Assembly (NCBI GenBank): GCA_964588285.1
Contig: CAZPNX010000012.1
Coordinates: forward strand, 5,329-69,328
Source: an uncultured bacterium
GTDB lineage: Bacteria; Edwardsbacteria; AC1; EtOH8
Direction of reading: 5' to 3'
DNA length: 64,000 nucleotides
Shown: one piece after another, positions 20,007-28,069 of the stretch
How positions within the stretch are numbered: position 1 is the stretch's first letter
Layout: every line of letters starts with the position of its first letter
The notes under the pieces: generated by a model
What the model was told of the DNA's origin: nothing
Seen by the model: the letters and a program-made list of their open reading frames with translations, nothing else
The model's database searches: none
Program-made: the position numbers and the translations under genes

Positions 20007-20636
20007 ATGAAAAAAAGCTTAATCCTGGCTTCAACCTTAGTCCTGGCCCAGCTGGCCGGAGCCCTGACCCTGACCGGCGGCGCCAGCTACTTCAACCCGT
20101 CGGGAGTAGAGGGCAGCGGCGGGGTGATGCTGAGCCTGGGTCTGGGCCAGCGGGTGGACGAGATGGTGATGGCCACCCTGGAGTTGGATTTCTTCAACAA
20201 GACCTTCAAAAAGGAATCGATAGTTCCGGTGGATACCGCCGCCGGCTCCATCGTCAGCGTGGAGAACCGTTCGGTCTTGTTCGAACACTCGGTGAAATAC
20301 CTGCCGCTGACGGCCGGGGTGGTGGTCACCCTGCCCATGGGCGGCCGGGTCAATCCGTTCCTCGAAGGCCGGCTGGGATACGGCCTGGCCAGCGTCAGCT
20401 ACAAGTATAATGCCGAAATACCTTCGGCCAGCAAGCCCAATGACGGGACCTACACCGGATTCGGCTGGAGGATAGGCGGAGGCGCCAGAATGAAGCTGGG
20501 GTTCCGCAGCGCCCTTCTGGCCGGTCTCTACTACAACGGCAACACGGTTTCCAAATCGCAGGCCGAGAACCTGTTCACCGATCTCAAGATGTCCGGCATA
20601 GGATTCGGCGCCGGACTGGAGCTGAGCGGATTTTAG
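20007..20636 (+). CDS. Outer-membrane beta-barrel protein (OmpA-like membrane domain)
   Basis: Signal peptide; alternating strands (VNPFLEGRLGYG, FGWRIGGG); C-terminal Phe. Confidence 0.7.
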   Translation: MKKSLILASTLVLAQLAGALTLTGGASYFNPSGVEGSGGVMLSLGLGQRVDEMVMATLELDFFNKTFKKESIVPVDTAAGSIVSVENRSVLFEHSVKYLPLTAGVVVTLPMGGRVNPFLEGRLGYGLASVSYKYNAEIPSASKPNDGTYTGFGWRIGGGARMKLGFRSALLAGLYYNGNTVSKSQAENLFTDLKMSGIGFGAGLELSGF

Positions 20637-20718
20637 CTCGAAACTTTTACCCTCTAAACACACTGAACAGGCGAAGAGATTGATCTGAAATACCAAGAAC
20701 AACAGCCCCGTATCCAGC

Positions 20719-20752
20719 AAGAAGCCCTCCGGTTGATGCCGGAGGGCTTCTT
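20719..20752. terminator. Bidirectional terminator between convergent genes
   Basis: AAGAAGCCCTCCGG-N6-CCGGAGGGCTTCTT. Confidence 0.75.
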
Positions 20753-20770
20753 CCTATAATGCGGAAAAGC

Positions 20771-22825
20771 TTATCCCACCCCCAATAGACTGCCGGCACG
20801 GCCGAAATATTGACCGATCAACTTTTTTAAATCGGGCCGGGATGCCAGCAGTGGGTCGTCTGCCGTCAAGCGGCAGGCATCCTCCTTAGCCAGCGGCACC
20901 AAAGCGGCGTCGGCTGCCAGGTTGGCCAGCCGCAGCTCGGGCAGCCCGTGCTGGCGCGAGCCCCAGAACTCGCCTGGTCCCCGCAGTTTGAGATCCTCCT
21001 CGGCGATGCGGAATCCGTCCGAGCTTTGCTGCATGGCCTCCAGCCTGGCCCGGGCCTCAGGACCCAGCCGCTCCCCGGCCATCAGGATGCAATAAGATTT
21101 ATGTGTGCCCCGGCCTATCCGTCCCCGCAGCTGGTGCAGTTGGGAAAGGCCGAAGCGCTCGGCCTGTTCCACCACCATCACCGTGGCGTTGGGGACATCG
21201 ATGCCGACCTCGATTACCGTAGTGGCGGCCAACACCTGCACCCGGTTGTTCCGGAAGCTTTCCATCACCCGGCGCCGCTCGTCCAGCTTGAGCCGGCCGT
21301 GGAGCAGGCCGACCGAAAACCCGTCAAATCTGCGGCTCAGCTGCTGATGGAGTTTTGTGACCGCCTTGATATCCCGGGATTCGTCCTCCTCAATCACCGG
21401 ACAGACGAAGAAAGCCTGGCGCCCCAGGGCTAGCTGTTTGGCCACGAAATCGAGCATCCGGACGCGGTTGTGCTCGGTGGTCCATCGGGTAACGACCGGG
21501 ACGCGGCCCGGAGGCAGCTGATCGATAACCGAAAGGTCCAAGTCTCCGTATATGGCCATTGACAGGGTGCGGGGAATGGGGGTGGCGGTCATCACTAAAA
21601 CATGGGGACGGACACCCTTGGCCGCCATGGCCGCCCGCTGGCGGACGCCGAAACGGTGCTGTTCGTCAATAACCGCCAGGCCCAATTTGGAAAACTCGAC
21701 GCGCTCTTGGATCAGGGCATGGGTGCCGATACAGACATCTACGATCCCGGAGATCAATTTTCCCAGGATGCGCTCACGTTCGGGCCGTCTGGTTCTGCTG
21801 GTCAACAGCTCGACCGAAAGGCCCAGGCTCTTAAGCCATGGCCCCAAAACCAGGAAGTGCTGTTCGGCCAGGATCTCGGTGGGGGCCATGACCGCCGACT
21901 GGAAACCGCTGCGGGCCGACTTGGCCAAGGCCGCCAGGGCTACCAGGGTCTTGCCCGAGCCGACATCGCCTTGGAGCAGGCGGTACATGGGCCGGTCGGA
22001 TTCCAGGTCGGATCCGATCTCGGCGATGGCCTTTTCCTGAGAGGCAGTCGGGCGGAAGGGAATTATCTTACGGAAATCTCCTTCCCAAGTGCGGTCGCCG
22101 AGCGGGCGGGCGCGTTCCAAGCTGCGGCGGGTGTGGCGACGCAGGGCCAGCAAAAGCTGAAGGGCCAGCAATTCGTCATAGGCCAGACGGCGGCGGGCCC
22201 GGGCCACGCTGTTCATGTCATCGGGAAAATGCAGGTCCCGAAGGGCCGGCCGAATGCCGGTCAGGCTGCGGGCGGCGATCAGGTCATGGGGGAGCAGCTC
22301 GGCAAAAGAATCCAGATGAGACTCCAAAGCGCCCTTGATGACGGTGCGGAGCTGGCGGTTGGTGAGGCCGGCGGTCGACGGATAAAGCGGGACGATGCGT
22401 CCGGTGTGAATCAGCTCGGCATCGTCGTTGTCGATGATCTCGTACTCGGGATTGGCCAGGGAGGGGCCGCCATCCCACCGCACCTGGCCGCTGACCACTA
22501 CGGACTGTTCTCGGGCGAACCGTTCCTTGAGATAGGGCTGGTTGAACCACAGGCAGCGGAGCAATCCGCTGCCGTCACCCAAGATAAGGGAGAAGATGGT
22601 CAGCCCGCGCCGGGTGCGGGCCAGCGCGTATTCGGCCACCCGGCCATAGACAGTGACCGTTTCTCCGGGACGCAGGTCGGAGATTGGTTTTGTCAGGGAG
22701 CGATCCAGATAGCGTCTAGGGGGATAAAGAAGAAGGTCGCGGACAGACTTGATGCCTAGTTTGGCCATCAGGGAGGCCCGACGCGGACCCACTCCCTTTA
22801 GGTATTGGACGTCGCTGTCAAGCAT
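20771..22825 (-). CDS. recG: ATP-dependent DNA helicase RecG
   Basis: LLQGDVGSGKT, IDEQHRFG, MTATPIPRTL, QLHQLRGRIGRG, DLKLRGPGE. Confidence 0.97.
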   Translation of the reverse strand: MLDSDVQYLKGVGPRRASLMAKLGIKSVRDLLLYPPRRYLDRSLTKPISDLRPGETVTVYGRVAEYALARTRRGLTIFSLILGDGSGLLRCLWFNQPYLKERFAREQSVVVSGQVRWDGGPSLANPEYEIIDNDDAELIHTGRIVPLYPSTAGLTNRQLRTVIKGALESHLDSFAELLPHDLIAARSLTGIRPALRDLHFPDDMNSVARARRRLAYDELLALQLLLALRRHTRRSLERARPLGDRTWEGDFRKIIPFRPTASQEKAIAEIGSDLESDRPMYRLLQGDVGSGKTLVALAALAKSARSGFQSAVMAPTEILAEQHFLVLGPWLKSLGLSVELLTSRTRRPERERILGKLISGIVDVCIGTHALIQERVEFSKLGLAVIDEQHRFGVRQRAAMAAKGVRPHVLVMTATPIPRTLSMAIYGDLDLSVIDQLPPGRVPVVTRWTTEHNRVRMLDFVAKQLALGRQAFFVCPVIEEDESRDIKAVTKLHQQLSRRFDGFSVGLLHGRLKLDERRRVMESFRNNRVQVLAATTVIEVGIDVPNATVMVVEQAERFGLSQLHQLRGRIGRGTHKSYCILMAGERLGPEARARLEAMQQSSDGFRIAEEDLKLRGPGEFWGSRQHGLPELRLANLAADAALVPLAKEDACRLTADDPLLASRPDLKKLIGQYFGRAGSLLGVG

Positions 22826-22959
22826 GGAGCTCAGCTAACTTATAAGGAAAACAGGAATGTTTGAAAATCACTCCATGTTGCGGACAACTGTCAAACGAGC
22901 CAGATCTTGATGAAAAAGGCCAACCCGCAAAAGCGAATCGGCCTGTTATTTCCATCGCA

Positions 22960-23556
22960 TCAAAGGGAGGCCTTGCGGCCGATGCTGCCCAAGACCATTT
23001 TAGCCACCTGCTTCAAGGTCTCCATCACCCCGTAGCCCTGGGAGGCCACCGATTCGAAACTGGGGAAGCGGCCCTGGGGGTCGATCTTGGACTTGAGGAC
23101 GTCCAAAGGCACGATATTGGGCAAGTCCCGCTTGTTGTACTGGATGACCAGGGGCACGGTTTCCAGGGACAGGGACATCTCGGCCAGGTTCTCCCCCAAA
23201 TTCTTGAAGCTCTCCAAGGTGGCCTCTAAGCATTCGGTCTGGGAGTCGGCCACGAAGACCACGCCATCGACGCCCCGCAGCACCAGCTTGCGACTAGCGT
23301 TGTAGAAAACCTGGCCGGGGACGGTGTAGAGATGAAACTTGGTCTTATAGCCCTGGATGGTGCCCAGATCCAGCGGCATGAAGTCGAAGAAAAGGGTGCG
23401 GTCCAGCTCGGTGGCCAGGGATATCAGCTGGCCCTTGGCTTCGGGGGAGATCTTCTCATAGATGTGGCGCAGGTTGGTGGTCTTGCCTCCCAGGCCGGGT
23501 CCGTAATAGACGATCTTGCAGCTGATTTCGTGCGAGGCGCGGTTTATTAGAGCCAT
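22960..23556 (-). CDS. mglA: MglA-family small Ras-like GTPase
   Basis: KIVYYGPGLGGKTTNL, DRTLFFDF, YTVPGQVFY, QYNKRD. Confidence 0.93.
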   Translation of the reverse strand: MALINRASHEISCKIVYYGPGLGGKTTNLRHIYEKISPEAKGQLISLATELDRTLFFDFMPLDLGTIQGYKTKFHLYTVPGQVFYNASRKLVLRGVDGVVFVADSQTECLEATLESFKNLGENLAEMSLSLETVPLVIQYNKRDLPNIVPLDVLKSKIDPQGRFPSFESVASQGYGVMETLKQVAKMVLGSIGRKASL

Positions 23557-23773
23557 GTCATCATTGAAATCGATTTAGTTTTTTCTGAAAAAGGCCTGCT
23601 GGTTGCGAAACCACCCCGCCTGGGCGGGGGGCAAGTACGCGAATACTTGTCCTGAGTCGTGTGGTAGAAACATGAAATAAAAGTATTTGATAAGCTATTG
23701 TTATCTGCAGCTTTGTTCTGGTTGTATATTTATCCGATTTAGAGTGTTTAGCTGGTTTTTCAAGGGCAACTAT

Positions 23774-24775
23774 TTAAGGGACTGCTATCTGACGCAGATA
23801 ACCGGCTGCCTCCTCGGGCGGAGTGGGGTTGATGTAGAAGCCGGAGCCTCGTTCGAATCCGGCCACCCGGGTGATGCGGGGCATGATCTCGATGTGCCAG
23901 TGGAACCACTCGGGCCCGGGCTGGTTGCAGGGCGAGGTGTGGATGACGAAGTTGTAGGGCGGACGGGAGATAGAAAGGTTGAGGCGCATCAGGGATTCCT
24001 TGAGAATGGCTGCCAGGCGGGGGATCTGCTCCGGCGGACAGGCCTCGAAGCTGGGCTGGTGCCTTTTGGGCAGTATCCAGGTCTCGAAGGGGAAGCGGGC
24101 GGCGAAGGGGACCACGGCCAGAAAATCGGGATTCTCGGCCACCAGCCGGCGGCGGTCCTCCAGCTCCTGGCGGACGATATCGCAGAAGATGCAGCGCTCT
24201 TTGTAACGGTAATAGTCCTGGGCCCCGTACATCTCCTCCTTGATGGCCTTGGGCACGATGGGAGTGGCGATCAACTGGCTGTGGCCGTGGTGGAGGGAGG
24301 CCCCGGCCCGGAAGCCGTGGTTCTTGAAGACCATCAGGTACTGGAGGCGGATGTCCTTCTTGAGATCCTGCATCCGGGCCACGAAGGCCGACAGCACCTT
24401 CTCGATATGGGAGGCCTCCTGGTCGGCCAGGGAGCGGTCGTGCTCCGGGGATTCGATGATGACCTCGTGGGCACCGACGCCGTTCATCTTGTCGTAAAGG
24501 CCCTCGCCGGTCTTGTCCAGCTCGCCCTCAACCTTGAGGGTGGGGAACTTGTTGGAGATGACCCTTACCTGCCAGCCCGGGCCGTTGGGCGGAGACCCCG
24601 GCTCCCGATAGGCCAGGATCTCGGGAGGGGTGGCCTGCTCGTTTCCCGGGCAGAAGGGACAGGGTCCGGCGGCCGCCTGGTCGGGGATCGTTTCATAGTC
24701 CATGGGGCGGCGGGTGCGCTCGGTGGCGATGATCACCCAGCGGCTGACGATGGGGTCCTTGCGTAGTTCGGGCAT
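23774..24775 (-). CDS. galT: Galactose-1-phosphate uridylyltransferase (class I GalT family)
   Basis: MPELRKDP, CPFCPGNE, GAHEVIIE, GASLHHGHSQ. Confidence 0.9.
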   Translation of the reverse strand: MPELRKDPIVSRWVIIATERTRRPMDYETIPDQAAAGPCPFCPGNEQATPPEILAYREPGSPPNGPGWQVRVISNKFPTLKVEGELDKTGEGLYDKMNGVGAHEVIIESPEHDRSLADQEASHIEKVLSAFVARMQDLKKDIRLQYLMVFKNHGFRAGASLHHGHSQLIATPIVPKAIKEEMYGAQDYYRYKERCIFCDIVRQELEDRRRLVAENPDFLAVVPFAARFPFETWILPKRHQPSFEACPPEQIPRLAAILKESLMRLNLSISRPPYNFVIHTSPCNQPGPEWFHWHIEIMPRITRVAGFERGSGFYINPTPPEEAAGYLRQIAVP

Positions 24776-24781
24776 AGGGGG

Positions 24782-24810
24782 ATTATAACGGTTCTGAAAG
24801 ATGATGTCAA
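24782..24810 (-). promoter_or_regulatory. Consensus sigma70 promoter of galT, probably leaderless
   Basis: Minus-strand TTGACA-N17-TATAAT with the ATG 6 nt downstream and no RBS. Confidence 0.8.
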
Positions 24811-24815
24811 CTAAA

Positions 24816-24848
24816 CGACAGAGGCTGATGGACCATCAGCCTCTGTCG
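24816..24848 (-). terminator. Terminator of the PPIase gene (16-bp inverted repeat)
   Basis: CGACAGAGGCTGATGG-A-CCATCAGCCTCTGTCG. Confidence 0.65.
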
Positions 24849-24877
24849 TCGTCCTAATGGCAGGGCCGGCCGGTTTC

Positions 24878-26287
24878 TTACTTTTCCGGCTGGGCCGGCT
24901 CGGCCGGGTATTCGATCTTGGCCCTGGCCTTTAGATCCTCCATGTATTTCTCATAGACCGCCTTCTGGCGCTCCCGGGCCAGGTTGCCGCTTATCTGGCC
25001 CCTCACCTGATCCAGCGGCTTGATGGAGGATGGGATTTTATCCTCCACCTTGAAGACGGCGAATTTGGTATGAAGCTCCACCGGTTTGCGGGTGTAGGCG
25101 CCGGGCTTAAGCCTGGCCGCGGCGGCAAAAACCGCCTCTTCCACCTCGCCCTTGGCCACCAAGCCCAAGTCGCCGCCCTTGTCCTTGGAGGGGTCGATCG
25201 AGTTTTTCCGGGCCAGGCTGTCGAACCCGGCCGCATCGGCCTGAAGGGCCTCCAGCAATTTGGTGGCCTCGGCCATGGTTTTGACCACGATCCACTTGAG
25301 GTGGAGCTTCTTGCCCTCCTTGGCCTCAAGCTTGACGATGGCGAACTTTGACTCGATAGGCACCGGCTTGCCGATTTTGCCCTTGGCCAGGGTGAAAAGG
25401 CCGGCCTCCAACTCCGGACGCTGCCCCTTGGAGACCAGTCCCAAATCTCCGCCCGACTTGGCCGAGGGGTCGGTCGAATGCAACTTAGCCAGGCTGTCGA
25501 ACGGCAGACCCTTCTTCTTGACGGCCTCGCGGTAGATCTCTTCGGCCTTGGCCTTGGAGGCGACGGCGATCATCCGGGCCTTCACCTGGTCGGGGGTGGT
25601 GAAATCCTTCTGGTTTTCCTTGTAATGCTTTTTGATCTCGGCCTCGGTGGGCTGGGCCTTCTGGCTGACCTCCTGGTCTATCAGGGCCCGGATGAGCACG
25701 TTCTGGCGGGTTTCCTCCAGCCGGGCATGGACCTCTGGTTTGTTGGCCACCCCCAGACGCATGGCCTCGGCCATCAGCAGCTTGCGTTCTATCAGTTGCT
25801 GGAGGAATTTGCGGCGGCCCTCCTCGCTGTCGAACTGGCCGCGGTAGAACGGCGGCACCTTCTCCAGCTCGGCGTCCACCTCCAGCTTGGTGATGGGCTG
25901 GCCGTTGATGACCACCGCGTACTCCTTGAAGTTCTTGTTGAAGCAGCGCCCGACTCCTTCCATGGCCAGGCTGTCGATGCCGGCTAGGTTACTCTTCTTA
26001 CCCTTGTGTTTGGTGACCACGTCCTGGTACATCTCGGCCGCCTTCTGGGTGTCCCCCAGCCTCTCCAGGGACATGGCCAGGTGGTAGGTGTAGTCCTTCA
26101 CTTGGACGGATTTGGGAAAGGCCTCCAAAAGCTTTTGGTAGGCAGCAGCGGCCTCGCCGTAATCCTGGTATTTGAAAGCCATGGCGGCGGTGGTGGCCAG
26201 GACGGCCTCGTTTGGTTTTTCGACGGCCAAAGCAGCGGCCGACAGGCTGAGGATGACCAGCAGGGTTAGGGCGGTAAACCGGTTCAT
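24878..26287 (-). CDS. Periplasmic foldase: N-terminal TPR plus tandem parvulin PPIase domains (SurA/PrsA-like)
   Basis: Signal peptide; TPR helices; FDSLAK...STDPSAKSGGDLG and FDSLARKNSIDPSKDKGGDLG. Confidence 0.8.
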   Translation of the reverse strand: MNRFTALTLLVILSLSAAALAVEKPNEAVLATTAAMAFKYQDYGEAAAAYQKLLEAFPKSVQVKDYTYHLAMSLERLGDTQKAAEMYQDVVTKHKGKKSNLAGIDSLAMEGVGRCFNKNFKEYAVVINGQPITKLEVDAELEKVPPFYRGQFDSEEGRRKFLQQLIERKLLMAEAMRLGVANKPEVHARLEETRQNVLIRALIDQEVSQKAQPTEAEIKKHYKENQKDFTTPDQVKARMIAVASKAKAEEIYREAVKKKGLPFDSLAKLHSTDPSAKSGGDLGLVSKGQRPELEAGLFTLAKGKIGKPVPIESKFAIVKLEAKEGKKLHLKWIVVKTMAEATKLLEALQADAAGFDSLARKNSIDPSKDKGGDLGLVAKGEVEEAVFAAAARLKPGAYTRKPVELHTKFAVFKVEDKIPSSIKPLDQVRGQISGNLARERQKAVYEKYMEDLKARAKIEYPAEPAQPEK

Positions 26288-26437
26288 GTTCTCCTCCTTG
26301 ATTAGTTTATAAATTTATGTTGCTCTAAACAGCAGGAAGCCAGGAATGCATGAAAACTGATAAGACATCGGATTTTTGCACGGCTGCCGGTTGAGGGGGA
26401 TAATCACCGATATCTTGGCGTCAGCTTTGGTCAACTC

Positions 26438-27034
26438 TCAGAAAAGAAGATGCATGACCGCGCCCGAGGCCAGGGGTATCCTGATGTTGTCGTCCAGAGG
26501 TATGGGCAGCATCTCGACGGCGATGGCGGTCATGGCGCCGGCGGCCATCTGCAGCCAGCCGAGTTCGGTGCCCGGCAGGTTGACGATCAGAGAGCCCACC
26601 GCCAGGCAGCCCACCAGGCCGGCTCCGGCCCCCTCAAAAGATTTCTCGAAGAACTTGGTGCGGCCCAGGCTGCGCCCCACCAACGCCGCCAGGGAGTCGC
26701 CGATAACCAGGTAGGAGATGGCGGCTATGGCCACGCTGTCGGTGTAGATCAGCACGCAGACCAGGGAGGAGATCATCAGATAAGTGGCGCCGGTCAGGGC
26801 CGAGATCTCATGCCGCCGCATCATCGGCCCGAAGAAATCGATGAAGATTATCTTGACGAACTGGTGCCGCAGCCGGATGATATCCACCGCCAGGATGCAC
26901 AAGGCGGCCGCCAGTAGAATCCAGGTGGCCAGCCAGGTCTGGTCCAACACCATGAAAACATAGTAAAAGACCGGTATGCTCATACCGGCCATAATGTGGA
27001 AAGCCTTGCGCCGGATCTCCCGCTGCAGTTTCAT
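26438..27034 (-). CDS. CTP-dependent diacylglycerol/polyprenol (dolichol/phytol) kinase family membrane protein
   Basis: RKAFH, IGDSLAALVGR, KSFEGA, DDNIRIP. Confidence 0.8.
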   Translation of the reverse strand: MKLQREIRRKAFHIMAGMSIPVFYYVFMVLDQTWLATWILLAAALCILAVDIIRLRHQFVKIIFIDFFGPMMRRHEISALTGATYLMISSLVCVLIYTDSVAIAAISYLVIGDSLAALVGRSLGRTKFFEKSFEGAGAGLVGCLAVGSLIVNLPGTELGWLQMAAGAMTAIAVEMLPIPLDDNIRIPLASGAVMHLLF

Positions 27035-27037
27035 CCG

Positions 27038-28000
27038 CTAAAAGCCGTAAGAGGCTGAGATCCTGGTGCTGCCCTTGAGCTCGGCGTGGCCCAAGTAGGC
27101 GTAATCGAAGCAGAAGCGTCCCAGCCTGAGGCCGGCTCCGGCGGCCAAGAAGCCCTGATCCGAGCCCAGCCTGAGGGCCACCCGGCGCCTGATCCAATAT
27201 TCGGCCCCGGCCCTGAGATCGGCGCTGGCCGGCCCCAGGCTGAGGTTGGCGGCCTGACCCCGGTTTTCCAATCTGAGGTCGGCATCCAGGGACAAAATGA
27301 GCGCGCCCAGAAACGGCGGGTTGACCGAGGCCCCCAGCTTGGCGGTGGGGGTGATCACCTCGCGGGCGCCGGTGTCCCAGGCCAGGTAGGTGGTGGTGGC
27401 ATCCTGGAGGTTGATTCCCAGACGAATCCGGTGGGCCATCTCGGCCAGCAAACCGGCGTCCAGTCCCAGGCCCCAGGCCGCATTGTCTCCTACCGACTTG
27501 TTGACTACCTTGGCGTTGACTCCCCAGCTAAGGCCCACAGCCAGCCGCCGGCTGTAATTCAGTAGCAGGGCGGTCTCGGCATCGCTGGTGGTGGTGATCT
27601 TGGAGTAATCCAACCTTTCGCCCGGATCCATGACGCCGTTGCCGTTGAGGTCTATCAGGGCCTGATCGGTGTAGGGAATGTCACCTACCGACAGCCTCAG
27701 GACCGCCAAGCCCAGGCCATATCCCCGGCCGGGGCGGGCATAGCCCAGGGCATCGTAAGCCACCAGATTGTCGAAGTTGCTGGCATGGGTGAACTCCAGC
27801 CGATGCTCGGTGCCGACTGTAGCCGCCGGGTTCCAATAACAGGCAAAACCGCCCTCTGCCATGGAGACAAAGGCACTGCCCATGCCCTGGGCCCGGGAAC
27901 CGTAGCCGATGCTCAAGAATTCACCGGCATACTTGGCGCCTGAAAGCGGGGAGGCCAGGGTAAAGGCCCCTATCAAAATGGCATAAAGAAAATTTCTCAT
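27038..28000 (-). CDS. Second PorV/PorQ-family outer-membrane beta-barrel
   Basis: GEFLSIGYGSRAQGMGSAF...ACYWNPAA; C-terminal FDYAY...RISASYGF. Confidence 0.8.
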   Translation of the reverse strand: MRNFLYAILIGAFTLASPLSGAKYAGEFLSIGYGSRAQGMGSAFVSMAEGGFACYWNPAATVGTEHRLEFTHASNFDNLVAYDALGYARPGRGYGLGLAVLRLSVGDIPYTDQALIDLNGNGVMDPGERLDYSKITTTSDAETALLLNYSRRLAVGLSWGVNAKVVNKSVGDNAAWGLGLDAGLLAEMAHRIRLGINLQDATTTYLAWDTGAREVITPTAKLGASVNPPFLGALILSLDADLRLENRGQAANLSLGPASADLRAGAEYWIRRRVALRLGSDQGFLAAGAGLRLGRFCFDYAYLGHAELKGSTRISASYGF

Positions 28001-28030
28001 AACTTATTGCCTGGTAGGCATTAGATATTA

Positions 28031-28059
28031 AGTATAACCAAATTTCTCTGCCTTGTCAA
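28031..28059 (-). promoter_or_regulatory. sigma70 promoter of the PorV-like/kinase operon
   Basis: Minus-strand TTGACA-N17-TATACT. Confidence 0.7.
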
Positions 28060-28069
28060 GGTAGTGATG

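Noticed and set aside
23595-23665. c-di-GMP riboswitch upstream of mglA
   Set aside because: Hairpins are present but the GEMM consensus (GGCAAA, GNRA/receptor spacing) is not matched on the sense strand
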